Assembly: GCA_040954595.2 (NCBI GenBank)
Contig: CM082591.2
Span: 8,534,380 to 8,598,379 of the forward strand
Reading direction: 5' to 3'
Origin: Balanoglossus misakiensis
Lineage: Eukaryota > Animalia > Hemichordata
Length of the DNA stretch: 64,000 bases
The notes beneath the pieces are model-generated. The model had not been told where the DNA came from. It saw nothing but the letters and a program-made list of their open reading frames with translations, and did no database searches. The stretch's first letter is position 1. Each line of letters begins with the position of its first letter. This document shows, one piece after another, positions 54,801-60,800 of the stretch. The position numbers and the translations under genes were made by a program.

Positions 54801-57800
54801 GAAAAGTCACATGTTTTCAACCAACAGACAACCATGTTACACTGGGCCATTGAACACTCTGAAGATACTGTGGCAAAAACTCTTGTCAAGGCTGGACAGG
54901 ATATTAATGGAGTTGTTCTGGGTTTGGGTAAGGTACGTGTAATTGTGGGGAAAATAATTAGGCAAAAAGCTATGATACATATTGTATTTTCTTGGTTGCT
55001 TTGAATATTTGTTTTCTCAAGTAATACTTATGCATATTTTTTATTCATAATTCATGATATTTGAGTGGGCTATTTTTGACTCTGAAAGTGGTTTTGTTTC
55101 TCTAGGAATTACCTACTGGTTCAACAGTTCTTCATCTTATGGCACAAAAAGAGGACCCAAAATATGCAGAACTATGCCTCATACTTAAAGCAAAAGTAAA
55201 TGTCTTAGATAATGTAGGTTCATTTTCACTTTTTTATGTAAACTTTGCAATCAGGCCATGCATAACCCTTCAATGGTCTCTAATATTTAATTGCCTCATA
55301 TTTTGGATTATGTCTTATAGATAAGACTACTTGACGTATTCAAACATGGAACGTTATACTATTCCCTGTTCCAACAATAAGTACTAAATTTTGAGAATAA
55401 AGATAATAATATTTTTCTGCCATGTTCTTCAAGTTATCATGCCAACACAAATGGTGACCAGAAATGTGTCACAAACATGAGCTGTCACTAAACACTGCAG
55501 TAATAATTTGTTTTGAAATAGAAAGAAAACCTTTCATGTTGATAGTGGTCATCCAAACAGTTTTAGAAGTGTTCACAATATTTTTGTATTGTCAACAGGA
55601 GCATAACACTCCTTTGTACTATGCTGTCCAAAGACAGAATAAAAGGATAGTGGAAGTTCTTCTCAATGCAAAAGCGAACTTTGTCAGTGAGGGGGTAAGT
55701 ATTTGTGATGCAGAATAGTTTTAAACCATTTATGACAGAAAGAAGGCCTCAAAATAACAAATATCTTAAGGTTGAAAACAATGCTAATCATATAATCATT
55801 TTTCTGTCTGCCAAATTTATCATAAAAAGTATTTCTGAACATGCCATTAAAATAATACATTTTCTACTTTTACTCATTATAGAATACACAGTTTTCTGTT
55901 GAATGTAGACCCATGTATGTTGCAGCTGCAAAGTATCCAAACATGGACTTTGTTCGTGTCTTAATAGATATGGGTGTTGATATAAATGGTGCAAATGAGG
56001 TAAGTTATGGAGTAGTATTTGTAAATGATTCACTGTTTCATACATATTATGTTATCAAGTACTATATAGATAGACAATAAACGTAACTATTTTGAAACTG
56101 GTGTTTGCATTTCCATGTCATAAATAGCTTGACTTTTCTCATGTTTATAGGACGGAATGACGGTACTCCACGAAGCTGCGGCTAATGACTTTCCTAGAGC
56201 AGTTGACCTTCTAATAGAAGCTGGTGCTGACAAAAACAAAACAGATACAGTATGTTCATATTCCAATTTCAATTAAAGTTACATTGAGTATAAATCAAAC
56301 AGACAATTTTGTTATGGTAGAAGACTACCGAGATGGGCTTCCTTATTACGTTACTTAGCCATCATGTTTCATGTAGAGTGGTGAGAGAACCTTCCTTGTC
56401 TTGAAATTTTCACAAAATTTAGCAAAACAAGAGATTATTAAATGGTGTAAAGAAAACACTATGTCGCCACGCTTGAATTTTTGATAGAGCTCTCCAGATA
56501 TTTTCATCCGTGGAAAACTAGCATTAGCAGTGCAAGAAAAGTGCTGATTCAGCATTTTCCACAATATTTAAGATCCCCAAACTGAAACATAGGAACACCC
56601 TGTTTTCTCTCTATAGTTATTTTTATCATTCATTGAATAGAGGTTAGCGAGGGTATTTGGTTGTGGATATAAGACCTCTCAGGTGAAAATTAGCATATTT
56701 GGGTGAAATAATCACCTCGCTTCGCTTGGTGATTTTAACCCAAATATGCTAATTTTCACCTGAGAGGTCTTATATCCGTACCAAATCCCCGAGCGCACCG
56801 CTAATAACCTCATTATAATATGATTTTGCTTGATAAAGATAAGCAATTTCATTTTTGCAAATCTGTTGTTTGGTTGGGAATAAATCGTGCTAGTTCTAGG
56901 GCCTCGTCGTGCACTGTTCCAGAACATGCAATCTGAGCTCGTGCAAACGTGTTCTAGAAGTTCTAAAGTCACGCGAATTTATGCCACCGCCAATAGAATT
57001 CATAAAATATGTTCTATTCAAGCACGTTCTCTTCTACATGTTCTATTTCAGTTACTTTTTAAAAACTATTCACTGTTCAGGGTCCAGGTACTAGGTCTTC
57101 TTGTTGAGAATATAAACCCCGACTACGGCCAATCAGCGAGCTGGATTCACGACAAGCATTTTATAATAAACAATATATATAAAAATCAGGATAATGACAA
57201 TATTCTAACTTTTGAGTAGTCATCTACCTTAATTTACATAATGTCTTTTTTGTCAATTATGAATGTAACCATTAGATTTCTTTCATATTCAACATTATAA
57301 CATTTACTTAACGAATTAATTTATCTCTTCATAGAAACATTTGAAAGTATTTTTAAATAAAGCTTCCCATATGAGAAAAAAAATATTGTATTGCCTTTTT
57401 AGGTTCTCTCCCTGACATATGATCTATTTGAATATCAGTATATTAATATTATTAGTTCAACTATTAGTAAAAAAATTGGCATATAGTGATTAATGATCAT
57501 TTTCTCATTTCTTGCAAGACTGGTGGGACGGCTTTACACCATGCAGTAAAGGCTTGCTGTCACCGTGTTGTCAACGTGTTAATATCAAAGGATGTTAACC
57601 TCAACTTAGAAAATGAGGTGAGTGTTTCTTCATAGTTTCTTAGAGATGGTGTCCTTAGGCTTTGCAATTTCTACTGTGGTTTATACCATGATAATAATAT
57701 AAGTGTAAATCATTACATAATTTTAATAAAATAAGTTTATGATTAAAGTTCAGGTTTGCTGTCATAAATACAGGATACGTCAAATTAAAATATCAAGAGT

Positions 57801-60800
57801 CGATTCTTTTTTGTTTATGTCCAGAACGGTGAGACACCACTCTATTGTGCACTCAAGCATAGGGACATTGAATCTGTCAAACCACTGCTAAATGCACATG
57901 CCTGTCTGAGCAGAGATATGGTAAGGTATTTATTTTAGCCATTTCTCTCATTGGCTTTATAAACAGCACATTTACAATATCTATGGCGTCTTTCGTCAAA
58001 TTTGGTTCTGTATCTCGTTGTATGAAGATATTTAAATAAGGTTGTTAGTAAACAACAAACTAAGAACTAATTAACATTTCACTGCTAAATGAATTATAGA
58101 ACAGCCAGATCTCAGTCATACCAATTTTTGTAGCAATTTTCATCAAATTCTATGCAATAATTTGCTGCACTAATTAGAAAAGTTCATTGAATATTCAAAT
58201 AAGCAGATTATTGACATGACACACACTGTAAAACCATGAACTTGTGAGGTTGCTATCTGTAGATGGTTTCCTCAAATTCAGTGCAGTAGTTTTCTGTATA
58301 TGACAAAGCTGACCTGTTGCCTCCCATAAGATGATGTAAAACACGAAAGCCCGGGTACCATCAGTATTGCTCAGCGCTCAGTACAAAACAACATTGTGCG
58401 TTCAGGCTTTTGACTTAAACCACACTTGATGATCTTCCTGTTGTGAAGTATATGTAGATAAGTGTTTTGAAGTAAATAAATGATGACTTACATGGACTTA
58501 GCATTTAGTGAATCTATTAAAGCCCCAGTATTTCTCGTGTGTATCCATTTTTCATCATCGAAAAATGCCCGTTTTTCCCGTACATTCATCATGGAATACT
58601 ACATAATGAAGATATAAGAAAGGTTTGGGCAACTGTAGGTATATTAAATAAATATTGCCCGTAACACTTGAAATGATGCGCGGGTTTGTTTACAACGGAA
58701 ATGCTGTACATCTCGATCAGCAAATGTGCCACTTTGATATTTGATGTCAGACCATTTTCGGATTTGATCTGGTTCCATCGACTGATTTCTCCCATATAGT
58801 TATCTTCCCAGAATTTCGCCGAATTAGTGCGCATTTGTTCGCTGCGGCGCTAGATTTGGGGAGACCAAACCTCTTCCGCGTAGATTCACATTTGAGTGCG
58901 CATGCGCAGTAGTCACGTGTGTCAACAGAGCCTGACTTTCTGTCCGGACAGAAAGTCATTCTTCACTCGTTATATTGTAAATTGTATGTGTTTATGAACA
59001 GAGATGGGCATGATAACTGTTAGATTCAGAATCAATTATCATGTACTTTTAGAAATTGAAGATGCCGTTTCAAACAAAATTTATGCGAAAACGAGAAATA
59101 CTGAGGCTTTAACTGTCGCCAGCAACCACTGCAATTAATTTACAAAACATTTAGTTTGAATTTCCCACCATGGAATTTATCTGGTTTCTGTGTATTGAAT
59201 CATATAATTAATGATAAACCCACACCTCATGTTCTAGACTGACACATCAAATATTGGACAATTATTCTTGGCAACCAAAAGATATGAGGAAGTCATGGTA
59301 AAAGACCTTGTGAAAGCTGGTGTTAAAATAAATGAACTTTTACAGGTAAGGAATGCATAATAGTACACAAGACATTATGTTACGAATTTTATATTCTCAC
59401 AAATAAGTGATAGAAATATTTTAACTTTTTCATTTCCTGACTGTCCTTGATTTGGGTGAAAAATTAAAATTCTTTACAAGCTTCCATATCAAAGAAAAAT
59501 GTGCAATTTTATAATTAACTATACATACATTTAACATCACCTTATATTAAGATTCTCATGATGTTTCTTTTAGGACGGTCTCTCAACACTTCATCATTTT
59601 TCGAGGAATGGTGATGTTACGGCTGTCAATATCCTTCTGACCAACCAAGCAAATGTCAATACATTTTCAAAGGTAAAAAAAGACCAAACTTTTTACTTCT
59701 TAATAAAATACTATGAGAATGCACTACCATAAGTACAAAAACATACATACCAGGCTGTATGTCTCTGTTGAGTATATTGTATAGGGTGGAGTGGGTCCTT
59801 CGACATTTTTCGGACAGGGCTCTGACATCCAAGTTGAAAACATCAACCTGTGTAAATGCCAAATACCTGGCTCATTGTTACGGATTTCTGGTCACTTTTT
59901 CTGGTCATTTACCGTTTTTTTTTCTGTTGAATATGAAGAGTTTTCTTTAAGAATTAATGGGACATTTCAGATGCTTTTGTTCCATCTTCAAGGCATTTTC
60001 AACTGAAAAATTAAACCCATGTTTAAGATTTTTTCCCATGAAATAGTGATCCATCCGGATCACACTGTATATCACAAAATTTTACGCAAATCTCGCAAAT
60101 ACCTGCCTGCTACGGGGGTTATTATATATAATCCCATGATATTTTTCTTTGTTTGACGTCATCGTATACGATTATACGATGACGTTAAACAAAGAAAAAT
60201 ATCATGGGATTATATATTTATCACATGAATAGTCTTCTTATTTTTCGTCAGAAGAGGTAGGATAAAATATTCAAATATCTTGCTAAAATATTCGAACGGC
60301 CTTGCAGTTTATTTAGCGGGATTATGTTCTTTCCCCTGCGCAACGATCTGTGGCCCCCACGAGACATGCTAATTATGGAATCACTTTCATTCATAAAGTG
60401 AAATTGACTTTCAAGTTTATACACTTTTGCGTCTTGTCTACCAATCAGATTCATGGAGTCAGTCACATGGGCCAGAATTTTGCTACATTCTGCCTGTCAA
60501 TCATCATCTCGCGCTGTGTACATGTCAACACAACGTCCTAGCAAGTCATCGCGTTGAGTTTGCCCGCAAGTTATGCTGCAAGTCACAGTTTGACAGAAAA
60601 AATAACGCGCTTCATGTAAAACTTTATGAAAAAATAAACACAGTTCCATTGCTATATATCCTAAAACCGTTATTGTGACAGGACATTAAAAATATTAGTC
60701 CAGGAACGATGTTCAAGGTTGTGTTTGCATCGGCCTGGCTAGTCAGCGCAGTTGTGTTTCCGCAGAAACTACAACCCTCGTACAGAATCTCATCCTCGAA